A stretch of 64,000 nucleotides of DNA, from positions 1 through 64,000 of the forward strand of contig JBDRNC010000027.1 of NCBI GenBank assembly GCA_043811535.1, in the 5' to 3' direction. Position numbers and translations under genes: made by a program. Under the pieces are notes generated by a model. That model worked only from the letters and a program-made list of their open reading frames with translations. It was not told the origin of the DNA and did not search any database. The stretch is from Elusimicrobiota bacterium (GTDB taxonomy: Bacteria; Elusimicrobiota; Endomicrobiia; Endomicrobiales; JBDRNC01). Shown here piece by piece: positions 30,847 to 41,120 of the stretch; the stretch's first letter is position 1, and every line of letters begins with the position of its first letter.

Positions 30847-31219
30847 TTTTTCCCCCTCGCCCTGCAACCTTTGTGGTGCAGGGCTATTACATTGCGGTAC
30901 CAATCCACCTTCACCCCTATTTCACTTCCGAAGTGGCGAAGGACTCTTCGGAAGTGGATACGGTGGGGCTACGGCGGACAGGAACGTCCCGCGGAACGAA
31001 GTGGAGCGGGATTTCGCATACGGCAATTTATAACAACACTTAAGTACATATGCCCAATCCCGGATTACTTCGTAATCGGGATTTCGCAAAAGGCAATTTA
31101 ATAACAACACTTTAGGTGCTCAATCCACCTACGCCCCAAAAACGGGACTTCGGCGGATTTCAGCTTGCTGAGAACGTCTTAATAATACTATCTCGCAAAG
31201 CGAGATAGTAGCTTCAATA

Positions 31220-31256
31220 AGAAAAGCCCCCAATTTTGAGAACTGGGGGCTTTTCT
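31220..31256 (-). terminator. intrinsic terminator
   Basis: AGAAAAGCCCCCA...TGGGGGCTTTTCT inverted repeat downstream of the 31286 gene. Confidence 0.8.
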
Positions 31257-31285
31257 CTTAAGATGTATCTAAAAACGTCTACGAC

Positions 31286-33397
31286 TTAGAAGTGCAACAC
31301 TGCCTGAAGCTGAATGTTCCTGTACGCATCGATGTCCAGTAATGATGATCTGGGAGTACCACCTGCCGTGACCGCTGAGTTGGCCATGTTGTCAAGTAGC
31401 GCGTTGCAGGCAAGCGTCAGGTTCTGGTTCACGTTCCACTGAATGCCGTAGGTGTAGAGGTTCTCGTTTGTTTCAGCGTAGGTAATCCTTTCCGAGGTCA
31501 CGCCAGTCGTTGTAAGGAAGGACGTTGTTGTAAGCGTGGTTCCGCCCTGCGGAGTAGCCGCTGTTGACTGCGTGGATACCTTTGATTCCGAGTTGGTCGT
31601 GGTCTTTGTTTTGGTTATCAGGTAGTTCGTGCCGGCTCTGAAGATGAGCTTGTCCGCGACGCACGGTATTTCTATGCCGACGGGAATAGAATAGATGACT
31701 TCTTCTACCTTGGTTTTGCCGCACAACTCATCAGTATCCGTGTCCTGCCACGTTCCTTCGCCGAAACCGGTGTCAGTTCCGAACGTTGCTCCGACCGGTC
31801 CGGGTATGTTTGCTAAGTTGACAGTTCCCGGGACATCCGCTGCGTTGCCGTCGCTGTATATGACGGTTCTCTGTTTTGTAACTGATACCTTTGAGAAATC
31901 GTCAATTTTTGTGTTTGTGTAGATGAAACCGCCGAGTGCGAGCTTAAGGGCTTCCATCGCCTTGAACTCGATTTTCGTCCCGACGTTGAGATTGGTCGTC
32001 GTGTTCTCGCCTTCGGTCTTTATGGTTTCCACATAGTTGTTAGACCAGATTCCCGTTTCTGCCACTGCCGCGGGATTAACGATTCTCTTTACAGTGCTGA
32101 GCTCGTTTGTCTGGGAAGCGTCTATGGGCTGCTTCACAGTGTCGTAGTGGAAGATGCCTGTGACGTCCACTTTCTCGACTCCCGTATAGGTGCCCTGCGC
32201 TTCTATCATCGGGCCCATTCCGGTCCTCTTGTCAGAGAAGTCAGTTACAGCGGCGTTTCCAGCGGCGTGGTCCCAAATGCCGTTTGCCGTGAAGTTGCCA
32301 AGCGTCGGACCAGCGGCTTTGGTAAGCTGCGACTGGTTGATAAGCGAAGTGCCCGTATTGAAATACTGGGTTCCGCCGATGTTTGTATCGTCGATTGCGT
32401 CTATCTGCACTCCATTCTTTCTCAGCGAACCTTGCGCCGTGAAAGACGCGTCGAGGAGTCCGCCGGGATTGATCGTCGTTGCAAAGCGGGCGCCGAACGT
32501 GCCCTGAACCGTGAGGTTGTCAAGGACGCCGTATCTGCCCTGCATGGTAACGTCTGTCGCCCAGTTGGAGTTGAGGTCGGTTGTTTCGTCAAGATACGTA
32601 GCGGAGTAATTGTCGCCCAGGCGATTGCCGGCATTCATGCCGCCTGTCGTCGCGCCGAGGTCAGTAAGGTACGTCTGGGTGTAGCTTTTTGATCCGCCGC
32701 CGGTATAGACGATAGCGTCGCCCTGGTGCGCAAGGCCGAAACCGAGCGCAAGGCCGTTGATAAACATGTCGTTTTTGGCTACGCCCACGTTCCACTGCGT
32801 GTTTCTTGTCCAGGTGTATCCCTTCATGTCTGCTTTCATGTTCCGCTGGCGGTCAACTTCAATTGAATCAACGACTACGTTGTCTTCGATGTTTTGCGTG
32901 CTTTCCGTGGTAAACTGATCTTCAAAGCCAGCCGCGCCGCCCATGTTTTGGTCGAGTTCTTCAAACGCTGCTTTTGCTCCGCAGTTCTGATAGACTATGC
33001 CTGCGCGTGAGCCTTCAATTCCGAATCCGCCGAGCGGATTGCCTACGACGCCCAAAAGCAGGTAATCGCTAAGAGCGCCTGCCGAATTTCCCCATGTCAA
33101 CGCGGGAGCATTGGGTGTGGCGCCGTTCGTGAACGTGCCGTTGTTCCAGTTTCTCGCGTTTGACCATGCGGTGTAAAGATTGTTGCCCTCAAAGTCAAGC
33201 AGTTCAACAGGGTCAGCGGTGACGACATCAAGCTCGCTGTAGAACATTCCCTGTGTTGCCGCGCGCTGGAAAGAACCGAGGTTCATCTGCCCGAAAGCGC
33301 CGATGCCTCGCCAATTGTTCCAACGGGAAATCGGCAAATAAGCGAAGGTTGTTGAAGCCATCGCGACCACAAGTACAAGTGCCAATAGTTTTCTCAT
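31286..33397 (-). CDS. large secreted/outer-membrane protein (probable abundant envelope protein)
   Basis: Signal peptide, G/T/N-rich, C-terminal LQAVLHF barrel signature, AGGAGG RBS, own terminator. Confidence 0.65.
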   Translation of the reverse strand: MRKLLALVLVVAMASTTFAYLPISRWNNWRGIGAFGQMNLGSFQRAATQGMFYSELDVVTADPVELLDFEGNNLYTAWSNARNWNNGTFTNGATPNAPALTWGNSAGALSDYLLLGVVGNPLGGFGIEGSRAGIVYQNCGAKAAFEELDQNMGGAAGFEDQFTTESTQNIEDNVVVDSIEVDRQRNMKADMKGYTWTRNTQWNVGVAKNDMFINGLALGFGLAHQGDAIVYTGGGSKSYTQTYLTDLGATTGGMNAGNRLGDNYSATYLDETTDLNSNWATDVTMQGRYGVLDNLTVQGTFGARFATTINPGGLLDASFTAQGSLRKNGVQIDAIDDTNIGGTQYFNTGTSLINQSQLTKAAGPTLGNFTANGIWDHAAGNAAVTDFSDKRTGMGPMIEAQGTYTGVEKVDVTGIFHYDTVKQPIDASQTNELSTVKRIVNPAAVAETGIWSNNYVETIKTEGENTTTNLNVGTKIEFKAMEALKLALGGFIYTNTKIDDFSKVSVTKQRTVIYSDGNAADVPGTVNLANIPGPVGATFGTDTGFGEGTWQDTDTDELCGKTKVEEVIYSIPVGIEIPCVADKLIFRAGTNYLITKTKTTTNSESKVSTQSTAATPQGGTTLTTTSFLTTTGVTSERITYAETNENLYTYGIQWNVNQNLTLACNALLDNMANSAVTAGGTPRSSLLDIDAYRNIQLQAVLHF

Positions 33398-33656
33398 TAC
33401 TTCTCCTCCTATTTATTTTTTTGTTTCCCCATGATATATCGGGGAAACGTACTGCGTTGCTTCTTTAAAGTTTATGCCCTAATTTGTTTTAATTCCCCGT
33501 TTCAGGTTCATCGCCTCCTTTCGGGGCATTAATTTGCTAACTTCATCTTGTTGCTGAAATTCTATTAAAATCAGTTGCATTTGTCAAGTGGTTTTATAAA
33601 AAATATTTACAATCGGCTTTTTAGAAGGAATTGGCTGTTTAGATTGAGTTTTAACG

Positions 33657-34355
33657 CTATTTCAGTTCTAATACGGGTTGTTGCTGCGAGGATTGTTGCG
33701 CCGGCAGGATAGAAATACGTTCCTGGGCCCGCTGCGACCAGGCCGAAGCGGGGTACAGCGTGGAGATTTTTTCATATACCGCTCTTGCTTCATTCACCGC
33801 GCCCGTCATCTCATGCACGCGCGCAAGCGATTCATAAACTTTCGGCGCGAGGAAGTGGTCGGGATACTTGTCCAGAAAAGTATTATATGTGGCGGCGGCT
33901 TCCGGGTATTTCCCCTCGCTTTCCTGGATGGAACCCAGCGCGGCGAACGCGAGCGGAAGTATTTTCTTTGGTTTGCCTTCCAGGGTTACCGGTATAAGGA
34001 CCTTTTCGGCTTCCTCGTAATTTTTCTGGCCGGCGAGAAAATCGGATTTTATTATGCGCGCCTTGTAGGAAATACCGCCGACTGTGTAGGAGTTTATCAC
34101 TTCGTCAAGAAGGCCCATGCCCTGCGCCGGCTGCCCCTGGTAAAGAAGCCCTTGCGCGACCGCGAGTTTTTCCTCGCCCCTTGCTTTGAGATTCTGCATG
34201 CGCACGACAAAAAACACCGCTATGATAACGATGCCAAGCGCGGTCGCGGAAATCCCGTAAACAAGATTCCGGTTGTTCTTGAACCATTCAATGGCCTTTA
34301 CTATTATTTCGGCAAGTTCGTTCTTATTTAAATTGTGACGCGTGAAATTATCCAT
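33657..34355 (-). CDS. membrane-anchored TPR protein (YfgM-like)
   Basis: Single N-terminal TM followed by TPRs (..Y..FL.KYP..). Confidence 0.75.
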   Translation of the reverse strand: MDNFTRHNLNKNELAEIIVKAIEWFKNNRNLVYGISATALGIVIIAVFFVVRMQNLKARGEEKLAVAQGLLYQGQPAQGMGLLDEVINSYTVGGISYKARIIKSDFLAGQKNYEEAEKVLIPVTLEGKPKKILPLAFAALGSIQESEGKYPEAAATYNTFLDKYPDHFLAPKVYESLARVHEMTGAVNEARAVYEKISTLYPASAWSQRAQERISILPAQQSSQQQPVLELK

Positions 34356-34431
34356 GTAGTTTACGCTCCTTTGCTAATGGCAATTGAAAGATTAAAAGAT
34401 TGCAAAGATTGAAAGATTCAAGACTTCAAAA

Positions 34432-35076
34432 TTACAACTTCCGAATCAACCTAATTGAGTTACTTAACATTACTTTGTAATCAGTCATACGCAGCCCGCT
34501 CATTTTTATTGTAGATCTGATAATTTCCGGTGTCATCAGGTTTTCCGGCGTGTGAGTATCCGTATTGAGAACCAGCTTTGCGCCGGTTTTCAACGCGAGT
34601 TTTGCCACGTGTCTGTTGCCTTTGTCATGCCCGCGCCTTGTAGTTATTTCAAGACAGACATTTTTTTGTTTCGCCAGTTTGGCATCGCTTTCTTTAATAT
34701 ATCCGGGATGGGCAAGTATGTCCGCGCCCGAAAGGATTGCCGCGCGGTTTGTGCCCGGAGGGACGTTTTCAGCCGGGGTTTCCCCGTGTATGACGATGAT
34801 CTTAGCGCCTAGTTTCCTGCAGGCCTTGACAGCTTTTCTTATCAATGCCGGCGGGACGTACGTTATCTCTATTCCGGGAAGGGCTTTCAGTCCGTAGTTT
34901 TTTGACAATTCGCCGGTTATCCGTTTTATCCGCGGAATAATAAAGTCAAAATTTGAGAAATCACCGTGGTCGGTGATCGCTATTGCGGAATAGCCCTTTA
35001 CCTTGGCGCGGTAAACCAGTTCCGATGGAAGCAGAACGCCGTCTGAATACAATGAATGAGTGTGTAAATCGATCAT
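34432..35076 (-). CDS. PHP-domain (histidinol-phosphatase-like) protein
   Basis: DLHTHSLYSDG, AITDH, ILAHPG, NTDTH. Confidence 0.9.
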   Translation of the reverse strand: MIDLHTHSLYSDGVLLPSELVYRAKVKGYSAIAITDHGDFSNFDFIIPRIKRITGELSKNYGLKALPGIEITYVPPALIRKAVKACRKLGAKIIVIHGETPAENVPPGTNRAAILSGADILAHPGYIKESDAKLAKQKNVCLEITTRRGHDKGNRHVAKLALKTGAKLVLNTDTHTPENLMTPEIIRSTIKMSGLRMTDYKVMLSNSIRLIRKL

Positions 35077-35087
35077 ATTGATTCAAT

Positions 35088-35612
35088 TATAAGATTACAA
35101 AGATTGAAAGATTTAAAGATTACGGCAAAACAACTAAAAATCATTTCAAGTGTTTCTTTAGATACTTTACAAAATTTGAGATTTGTTGAGAAATCAGTAA
35201 AATCTGCCTGACAGTTTCGTTAAATTCTCTTTCTGTGATATAACCGATGTCGTAAGTCAAGTATAATTGAGCCCTTAATTCTCCAGCCGAACCCTTTGCG
35301 TAATTCAGAAAATTGACGAATTCCTTGTTGCTCTGTCTTTCAAAGCCTTCTGCAATGTTTGATAAGATTGAAGCTGATGCCCTTTGAATTTGTTCTTTCA
35401 AACCAAAATCTTTTTTAAACTTTTCTTTTGAAGTCAAAGAATAAATGTTTTTAGCAAGTATTCTCGCGTCTTGCCAAACCGGCAAATCCTCAAATTTTTT
35501 GATAAGCATTATAAAGCCCCCAATCTTTATAATTTTTCAATCGTTTGAAGCCGTAAGTCGTGAGTTGTTTATTTGTAATCTTTCAAACTTTCCAATCTTT
35601 CAATCTTTTAAT
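35088..35612. mobile_element. four-helix-bundle cassette in inverted 8-mer AAAGATT(G/T/A) arrays (family B)
   Basis: Left AAGATTACAAAGATTGAAAGATTTAAAGATTAC and right AATCTTT arrays. Confidence 0.65.
35141..35509 (-). CDS. four helix bundle protein
   Basis: FEDLPVWQ, QIQRASASILSNIAEGFER, FLNYAKGSAGELRAQL. Confidence 0.95.
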   Translation of the reverse strand: MLIKKFEDLPVWQDARILAKNIYSLTSKEKFKKDFGLKEQIQRASASILSNIAEGFERQSNKEFVNFLNYAKGSAGELRAQLYLTYDIGYITEREFNETVRQILLISQQISNFVKYLKKHLK

Positions 35613-35622
35613 GTTACTGAAA

Positions 35623-35696
35623 CGCCCCGGGAGGGACTTGAACCCCCAGCCTTGTCCTTAGGACGGACCTGCTCTATCCAATTGAGCTACCAGGGC
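35623..35696 (-). tRNA. tRNA-Arg(CCT)
   Basis: Cloverleaf GCCCTGG...GTCCTAA...GGTTCAAGTCC...CCGGGGCG; CCA not encoded. Confidence 0.9.
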
Positions 35697-35983
35697 AATA
35701 CATGTTCGGGCGTTTTAAAAATCTCAATCCCCGGGCGCTCACCGGCTCGCGCCCGTTGCTTGCTCGTTCCGGCTTATTCGCCGGAACAGCAACCCTTAGG
35801 ACGGACCTGCTCTATCTCCGCCGCGGCGGAAGCTACCAGGGCAATACATGTTCGGGCGTTTTAAAAATCTCAATCCCCGGGCGCTCACCGGCTCGCGCCC
35901 GTTGCTTGCTCGTTCCGGCTTATTCGCCGGAACAGCAACCCTTAGGACGGACCTGCTCTATCCAATTGAGCTACCAGGGCAAT
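35697..35983 (-). repeat. tandem duplication of the tRNA-Arg 5' half plus a ~95-nt structured spacer
   Basis: Identical spacer twice; tRNA 5' halves at 35794-35842 and 35940-35980. Confidence 0.9.
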
Positions 35984-35989
35984 TGAGAC

Positions 35990-36107
35990 TATTTAAAGAT
36001 TTAATGATTGAAAGATTGAAAATATTGCGAAAGAGCATAATGACCAATACTCTTATTTTGTCGTTTTTAGTAATCTTTAAATCTTTTAATCTTTCAATCT
36101 TGCAATT
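35990..36107. repeat. gene-less family B inverted 8-mer array
   Basis: AAAGATT... left arm and ...AATCTTT right arm. Confidence 0.75.
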
Positions 36108-36632
36108 TTAGTATTTAATAAGCGAGAAGATGTCGTAATTCTTGAGCTTGTCGCGGCCCTTTAGGAATTCAAGTTCTATGAGAAACGCTACGCCGACAAT
36201 GTCCGCTCCGAGTTTTTTTGCAAGATCTATCGTCGCGCTCATCGTGCCGCCTGTCGCGAGCAGGTCGTCAACTATCAAAACTTTTTCTTTCGGGGTTACC
36301 CCGTCTTCGTGCATTTCAAGCGTGTCCGTGCCGTATTCGAGCTGGTACGTAGCGGAGATGGTCTTGTAGGGGAGTTTCCCTTTTTTCCTGATAGGCACGA
36401 CTCCCGCTCCGAGCTTGTAAGCGACGGCCGAGCCGATAATGAAACCGCGTGATTCGATGCCGACAACTTTTGTAATGCCTTTGTTTTTGTATTGATCAGC
36501 TATTTCGTCTATGGCGTGGCGGAATAGCTCGCCCTTGGCAAGAAGCGTCGTAATGTCCTTGAATATGATGCCCTTCTTAGGAAAATCCGGGACGTCGCGT
36601 ATAGAGGATTTCAGATCGAATTTTTCTGTCAT
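36108..36632 (-). CDS. apt: adenine phosphoribosyltransferase
   Basis: [34 protein letters not shown]. Confidence 0.97.
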   Translation of the reverse strand: MTEKFDLKSSIRDVPDFPKKGIIFKDITTLLAKGELFRHAIDEIADQYKNKGITKVVGIESRGFIIGSAVAYKLGAGVVPIRKKGKLPYKTISATYQLEYGTDTLEMHEDGVTPKEKVLIVDDLLATGGTMSATIDLAKKLGADIVGVAFLIELEFLKGRDKLKNYDIFSLIKY

Positions 36633-37480
36633 GCTTTTTCTCCCTCCCAATCAATAAGTTTCATGCGCAAAGCGATAGATTTCAGTCTTTGAAGCGCGCG
36701 CTCTTCAAGCTGCCTTACCCTCTCCCTTGACAGCCTGAATTTTTTCCCGACTTCCTCAAGCGAGTGCGCCTGCTTTTTTACATTGAGCCCGAAGCGCATT
36801 TCGATTATCTTGCGTTCTCTCGGAGACAGATGAACGAGCGCCTGGCCGATTTCCGAGTGAAGGCGCAGGAGTTCCGATATCGATTCGGGCGTTCCGCCTT
36901 TTTTGTCCGAGATTATATCCCTGATCAGGATGTTTCCTTCTTCGTCTATCGGCGTTTCAAGCGAGCTTGTCCCTTGCGAAATCTTGGCGGCGCTGAGCAG
37001 ACTCTGTATCTGGCTGACCGAAAGATGCAGTTTTTTCGCCATTTCAACCATCGTGGGATTACGTCCGAGTTTCGCCTGAAGCGGTCCCATGTTCTTAAGC
37101 CATTTATGTATCGCGTCCCAGACATGCGGCGGTATGCGGATAGTTTTAGCCTGCTCCTCTACGGATCTTCTCACCGCCTGGTCTATCCAGTACGTGGCGT
37201 ACGTGGAAAAATGTATTTTTCTGTGCGGGTTGAATTTTTCAACCGCGCGGATCAGCCCCATGTTGCCTTCTTCTATAAGATCAAGGAAATCCAGCCCGGG
37301 TTTAAAATACTTTTTCGCGATAGGGATGACCAGGCGCAGGTTCGCTTCGACAAGAGTCTTCTGGGACTTTTTGTCGCCGTTATGCGCCTTCTTCCAGAGC
37401 TCTTTTGTCTGCTCGGGTGAAAGGATTTCCATCTTCTTGATTTCTCTGAAATACAGCTGTACCGGATCGAATTTTTCCAT
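36629..37480 (-). CDS. sigma-70 family factor (RpoD/RpoS-like, no region 1.1)
   Basis: [40 protein letters not shown]. Confidence 0.93.
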   Translation of the reverse strand: MEKFDPVQLYFREIKKMEILSPEQTKELWKKAHNGDKKSQKTLVEANLRLVIPIAKKYFKPGLDFLDLIEEGNMGLIRAVEKFNPHRKIHFSTYATYWIDQAVRRSVEEQAKTIRIPPHVWDAIHKWLKNMGPLQAKLGRNPTMVEMAKKLHLSVSQIQSLLSAAKISQGTSSLETPIDEEGNILIRDIISDKKGGTPESISELLRLHSEIGQALVHLSPRERKIIEMRFGLNVKKQAHSLEEVGKKFRLSRERVRQLEERALQRLKSIALRMKLIDWEGEKA

Positions 37481-37496
37481 GTTTTTCAGATTCCTT

Positions 37497-37790
37497 TCAA
37501 AAAATTATTTTAAAATCGGATTTCTTGGCGTTATACGCTGTCAAAGGTTCAATATTGATTTTATCGACGCGCGCCCATGAATGTTTCTTTTGTACGGCGT
37601 CGAGGAAACTTTCAAGCGCTTCCTTGTTCCCTTCGGCTTCAAGCTCAACGTCGCTGTTCGGGAGATTCTTCACCCAGCCGTCTATGTTCATGTCAGCGGC
37701 GGTTTTTTGAACGAACCATCTGAACCCGATGCCCTGCACCTCGCCGCTGATAACCGCGTGAACCCTTTGTTTCCCGTTTTGAACCTTCAT
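37497..37790 (-). CDS. acyP: acylphosphatase
   Basis: [16 protein letters not shown].. Confidence 0.93.
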   Translation of the reverse strand: MKVQNGKQRVHAVISGEVQGIGFRWFVQKTAADMNIDGWVKNLPNSDVELEAEGNKEALESFLDAVQKKHSWARVDKINIEPLTAYNAKKSDFKIIF

Positions 37791-37796
37791 AATATT

Positions 37797-38459
37797 CTAT
37801 ACAACAATAGTTATCCCGAATATGAAATTATTGAACATTACGTTGCTGATATGAGTGAAATCCTGAAGGAAAAGATCCAGTTTCATTTCCGGCGAAAGAA
37901 GAAAACGCCAGCCGAGGTTGCAAATATTCTTTTCGGGCTCGAATTCCAGTATTGCCTGCTGCCACGTCAGGGACTCGGTTATCGCAAAAAAAGTTTCCGT
38001 TTCCCTTCTATTCCACGCCACTCCGCCCTGCGCGGTAATAGAATGGAAATTCCTAAAAAACTTCCCGCCCGCAAGATAAATGGTATCGCGGTGGGTGCCG
38101 AGCGACACATCAAGAGGATGTTCTTCTTCCCGGAGTATCCGCAGTTTAGAGGTCAGGAATACCTCGTCCATCTTGCGCTCGATGTTCGGTTGATCGAAAG
38201 CGGGCATGGACGATATTTCTTTTAGGTTGAAGTTCAGCCCGGCTTCGAAATCCCGGAAAAACCCGTAATTTATTCCGCATATGAATCTGTGCAGTCCGAA
38301 GCTTACCATGTTTTTAGGCATCACCCGCGTGGAAAAAGTATGGATGTAACCGGTGGAACCCTTAAGGCTTTGGGCCTCAGTGAAATACTGGTAGTTTTCG
38401 CTGGCGGACAGGTTTTGCGAAAGAACGAGAAAAAATGCTGATAAAATTATTTTCTTCAT
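37797..38459 (-). CDS. exported hypothetical protein (possible small beta-barrel)
   Basis: Signal peptide; GSTGYIHT motif reminiscent of YjbH-like barrels. Confidence 0.55.
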   Translation of the reverse strand: MKKIILSAFFLVLSQNLSASENYQYFTEAQSLKGSTGYIHTFSTRVMPKNMVSFGLHRFICGINYGFFRDFEAGLNFNLKEISSMPAFDQPNIERKMDEVFLTSKLRILREEEHPLDVSLGTHRDTIYLAGGKFFRNFHSITAQGGVAWNRRETETFFAITESLTWQQAILEFEPEKNICNLGWRFLLSPEMKLDLFLQDFTHISNVMFNNFIFGITIVV

Positions 38460-38505
38460 AAACCCACTGCTGAAAAATCAGGGCCCCAATAATTTTAAAT
38501 TAAAA

Positions 38506-38607
38506 TGGTCGGGGCGACTGGACTTGCCGAACACAACTTCAAAAATTTAATTGCCTCATGTAAGGTCCCCGCCGCGGCGGGGAAACCAGCGGCCTCACGG
38601 TCCCGAA
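38506..38607 (-). pseudogene. split 3'-half copy of tRNA-Pro(CGG) interrupted at the T-loop
   Basis: 38584-38607 and 38506-38526 (ending ACCA) match the adjacent tRNA and are separated by a 57-nt insert. Confidence 0.75.
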
Positions 38608-38624
38608 GTATTCAGTTCACAGAA

Positions 38625-38698
38625 TCGGGGCGACTGGACTTGAACCAGCGGCCTCACGGTCCCGAACCGTGCGCTCTAGCCAACTGAGCTACGCCCCG
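38625..38698 (-). tRNA. tRNA-Pro(CGG)
   Basis: CGGGGCG...TTCGGGA...GGTTCAAGTCC...CGCCCCGA cloverleaf. Confidence 0.95.
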
Positions 38699-39002
38699 AT
38701 TCTGTAGACTTTATTGTAGCCGAACCGTGCGCAAAATGGACTTGGTAAAAATATTCGGGAACAAATGACAAAGAACAAAACGACCAACAATAATGTAACT
38801 AAACCGAAGTACCCGTTAGGGTATACGAGATAGGGTCTTATGCAATTCGAATGAGAATTCTACTAAATTACGACACAATTTTCAACTATAAAATGCAGCA
38901 ATTAGTTATTTGCCATTTGCAATTAGTTGTTTAAAGATATTTCCGGCTGTGGAATTTTCACTAATTGCCCCGCCGCGGCGGGCTATTCGCTAATTGCTGT
39001 CG

Positions 39003-39641
39003 TCAAGTCGAGTATTCCCCCACAAGAGGCACGAAGACGCAGCCGCCGTAGAATTTCTTGATTATTTTCCCCTTTTCCTTTTCCACGATGGTGAGTTCCT
39101 GCGAGAAAGTCTCGCCCACGGGAATTACAAGTCTTCCGCCTTCGGCGAGCTGTTCGATGAAAAGCGGCGGTATCTCTCTTGCGGCCGCTGTCACGATAAT
39201 CTTATCGAACGGGGCTTTTTCGGCCCAGCCGGCGGTTCCGTCGCCGATTCTGTAATTGATGTTTTTATATCCTATGCCGTCAAGCGTGTTTCTTGCCTTC
39301 TGCGAAAGCGGCTCAATTTTTTCCACGGTATTGACTTCGCCGCCGAGTTCCGCGAGAATTGCCGTCTGGTAGCCGGAACCCGTGCCTATTTCCAGGATTT
39401 TATCGCCTTTTTTGATTTTCAGAAGTTCGGTCATTATGGCGGCCATGAAGGGCTGGGATATCGTCTGTCCTTCGCCTATCGGCAGCGGATGGTCGTCATA
39501 TGCTTCCCGTGAAAATCTCTCCGGAACGAAAAGAGAGCGAGGGACTTTAAGGAAGGCGTCAAGCACGGTATTATCGGAAATCCCGCGCGGGAGGAGCTGT
39601 GTCCGGACCATTTCTGCGGCCGCGTCATTATTATCTTTCAT
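39003..39641 (-). CDS. pcm: protein-L-isoaspartate O-methyltransferase
   Basis: GQTISQP, LEIGTGSGYQ, PFDKIIVTAA, FVPLVG. Confidence 0.97.
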   Translation of the reverse strand: MKDNNDAAAEMVRTQLLPRGISDNTVLDAFLKVPRSLFVPERFSREAYDDHPLPIGEGQTISQPFMAAIMTELLKIKKGDKILEIGTGSGYQTAILAELGGEVNTVEKIEPLSQKARNTLDGIGYKNINYRIGDGTAGWAEKAPFDKIIVTAAAREIPPLFIEQLAEGGRLVIPVGETFSQELTIVEKEKGKIIKKFYGGCVFVPLVGEYST

Positions 39642-40746
39642 ATAAATGTTCCAGTATTCTGCTTGCTATCAACTGGCTCGCGTTGGGGCGCGACAGGCTC
39701 AGCGCCCTGAACCCGCACTTAATCAATTTCTGCGGATTGTTCAGGAGTCCCTGGACAAGCGCGGGAAGGTGTTTAATATTATCGCAGCGTTCGGCAACAT
39801 TGTGTTTCATGAGATAGGCGGCATTCCTTTCTTCCTGGCCCGGCAGCGGCGACATGATAATCATGGGCAATCCCTTCGCCAGGGCTTCGGCGCAGGTCAA
39901 CCCGCCCGGTTTTGAGATAACAGCGTCCGCGGCATCCATTAAACGGCTCATATTCTTCACATGCCCGAAAATGAAAATATTCTTGTGGCTCCCGAGGTCT
40001 CTCTTTAGTTGCCTGTATAACGGACGATTATAACCGGCAACCGCTATAATCTGGATATTTCTTACCGTCAAAAGGACGCGCAGAGCCTCGGATATGTGGC
40101 CGAGGCCCTGGCTGCCGCCCAGTACGAGCGCGGTCCGTACCGCGGGACGCAGTCCAAGTTTCTTGCGCGCGAAGTTCTTAGGTATTGAAACGGAAAATGA
40201 AGGGTTTATCGGGATTCCCGTGACGCATATCCTGTTTTCAGGTATTCCCCTTTTCTTTAGATCGTTCATGGCTTCTTCGTTAGGGACAAAATAGTTGTCT
40301 ACATTTTGTTCCGGCCAGTACGGATGCGCGGCAAAATCCGTGACGACCGCCATGTGAGGGACATTTATCCTTCCCATATCTTTTTCATGCGAAATAAAAC
40401 CCGCAGGTATCGCCTGAGTGCAAACGATAATATCGGGGCTGTAGTTTTTAAGGACCTTGTGCAGTTTCGGGATGTTCAACAGGTTGAAAAACTGTCTTAG
40501 CTCCACTGTGAGCTCGGCAAAATCGGCATTGCCGTACAGGTAATCCCATGCGTGAGGAATGCTGCGAAGTATCTCAATGTATATTCTTGACAGAAGCGGG
40601 CCCAAAAGCGGATAGGAATGTGTGAAGAAATCTATGCAGGAGCATTCCGCGCCGGGATTAAGCTGCATCAGGCTTTTCTGGACAGCCTCCGCCGCTTTTT
40701 TGTGTCCTGAATTATTAGTGGCGCAGAGAAACAGGACCCTGTGCAT
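39631..40746 (-). CDS. MGDG synthase / UgtP-like glycosyltransferase (GT28)
   Basis: GHKKAA, TGIPI, GGSQGLG, SKPGGLT.AEA, PGQEERNA. Confidence 0.9.
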   Translation of the reverse strand: MHRVLFLCATNNSGHKKAAEAVQKSLMQLNPGAECSCIDFFTHSYPLLGPLLSRIYIEILRSIPHAWDYLYGNADFAELTVELRQFFNLLNIPKLHKVLKNYSPDIIVCTQAIPAGFISHEKDMGRINVPHMAVVTDFAAHPYWPEQNVDNYFVPNEEAMNDLKKRGIPENRICVTGIPINPSFSVSIPKNFARKKLGLRPAVRTALVLGGSQGLGHISEALRVLLTVRNIQIIAVAGYNRPLYRQLKRDLGSHKNIFIFGHVKNMSRLMDAADAVISKPGGLTCAEALAKGLPMIIMSPLPGQEERNAAYLMKHNVAERCDNIKHLPALVQGLLNNPQKLIKCGFRALSLSRPNASQLIASRILEHLYER

Positions 40747-40778
40747 TGTGACCCCGGTAGAAAGGCAGGAATCTCAGG

Positions 40779-41120
40779 TTAGAAGTATTTAGTGAACTTA
40801 TTCTTTTTATCAACAAGGACTTGCCGGGATTTAAGGGGTTTATCCGAGAGTTCAAATCCCATTATGATTATCTCTTCGTCTTTTTTTATCAAGTGAGCCG
40901 CGGCGCCGTTCATGCAGATTACGCCGGAACCGCGCTCTCCCTTCATCACGTATGTTTCCAGCCTGTTTCCCGTAGTGTTGCTGACGACAAGGACTTTTTC
41001 GCCAAGGCACAACCCCGATTTCTCGATCAGCTCTTCATCAATGGTAATACTTCCCATGTAATCGATATTCGCTTCGGTGACAGTAGCTTTGAATATTTTT
41101 GACCTTATGAACCACCGCAT
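40779..41120 (-). CDS. panD: aspartate 1-decarboxylase
   Basis: Y.GSITID, RLETY, ICMNGAAA. Confidence 0.95.
   Translation of the reverse strand: MRWFIRSKIFKATVTEANIDYMGSITIDEELIEKSGLCLGEKVLVVSNTTGNRLETYVMKGERGSGVICMNGAAAHLIKKDEEIIIMGFELSDKPLKSRQVLVDKKNKFTKYF

Noticed and set aside
28082..35509. Diversity-generating retroelement suggested by Avd-like four-helix proteins
   Set aside because: No reverse transcriptase and no TR/VR pair with adenine-specific mismatches seen in this window
35656..35983. Possible CRISPR array
   Set aside because: The repeats are tRNA halves, the spacers are identical, and no cas genes are present
35702..36111. Duplicated plus-strand ORFs MFGRFKNLNP...
   Set aside because: By-product of the tandem tRNA-half duplication, antisense to the tRNA
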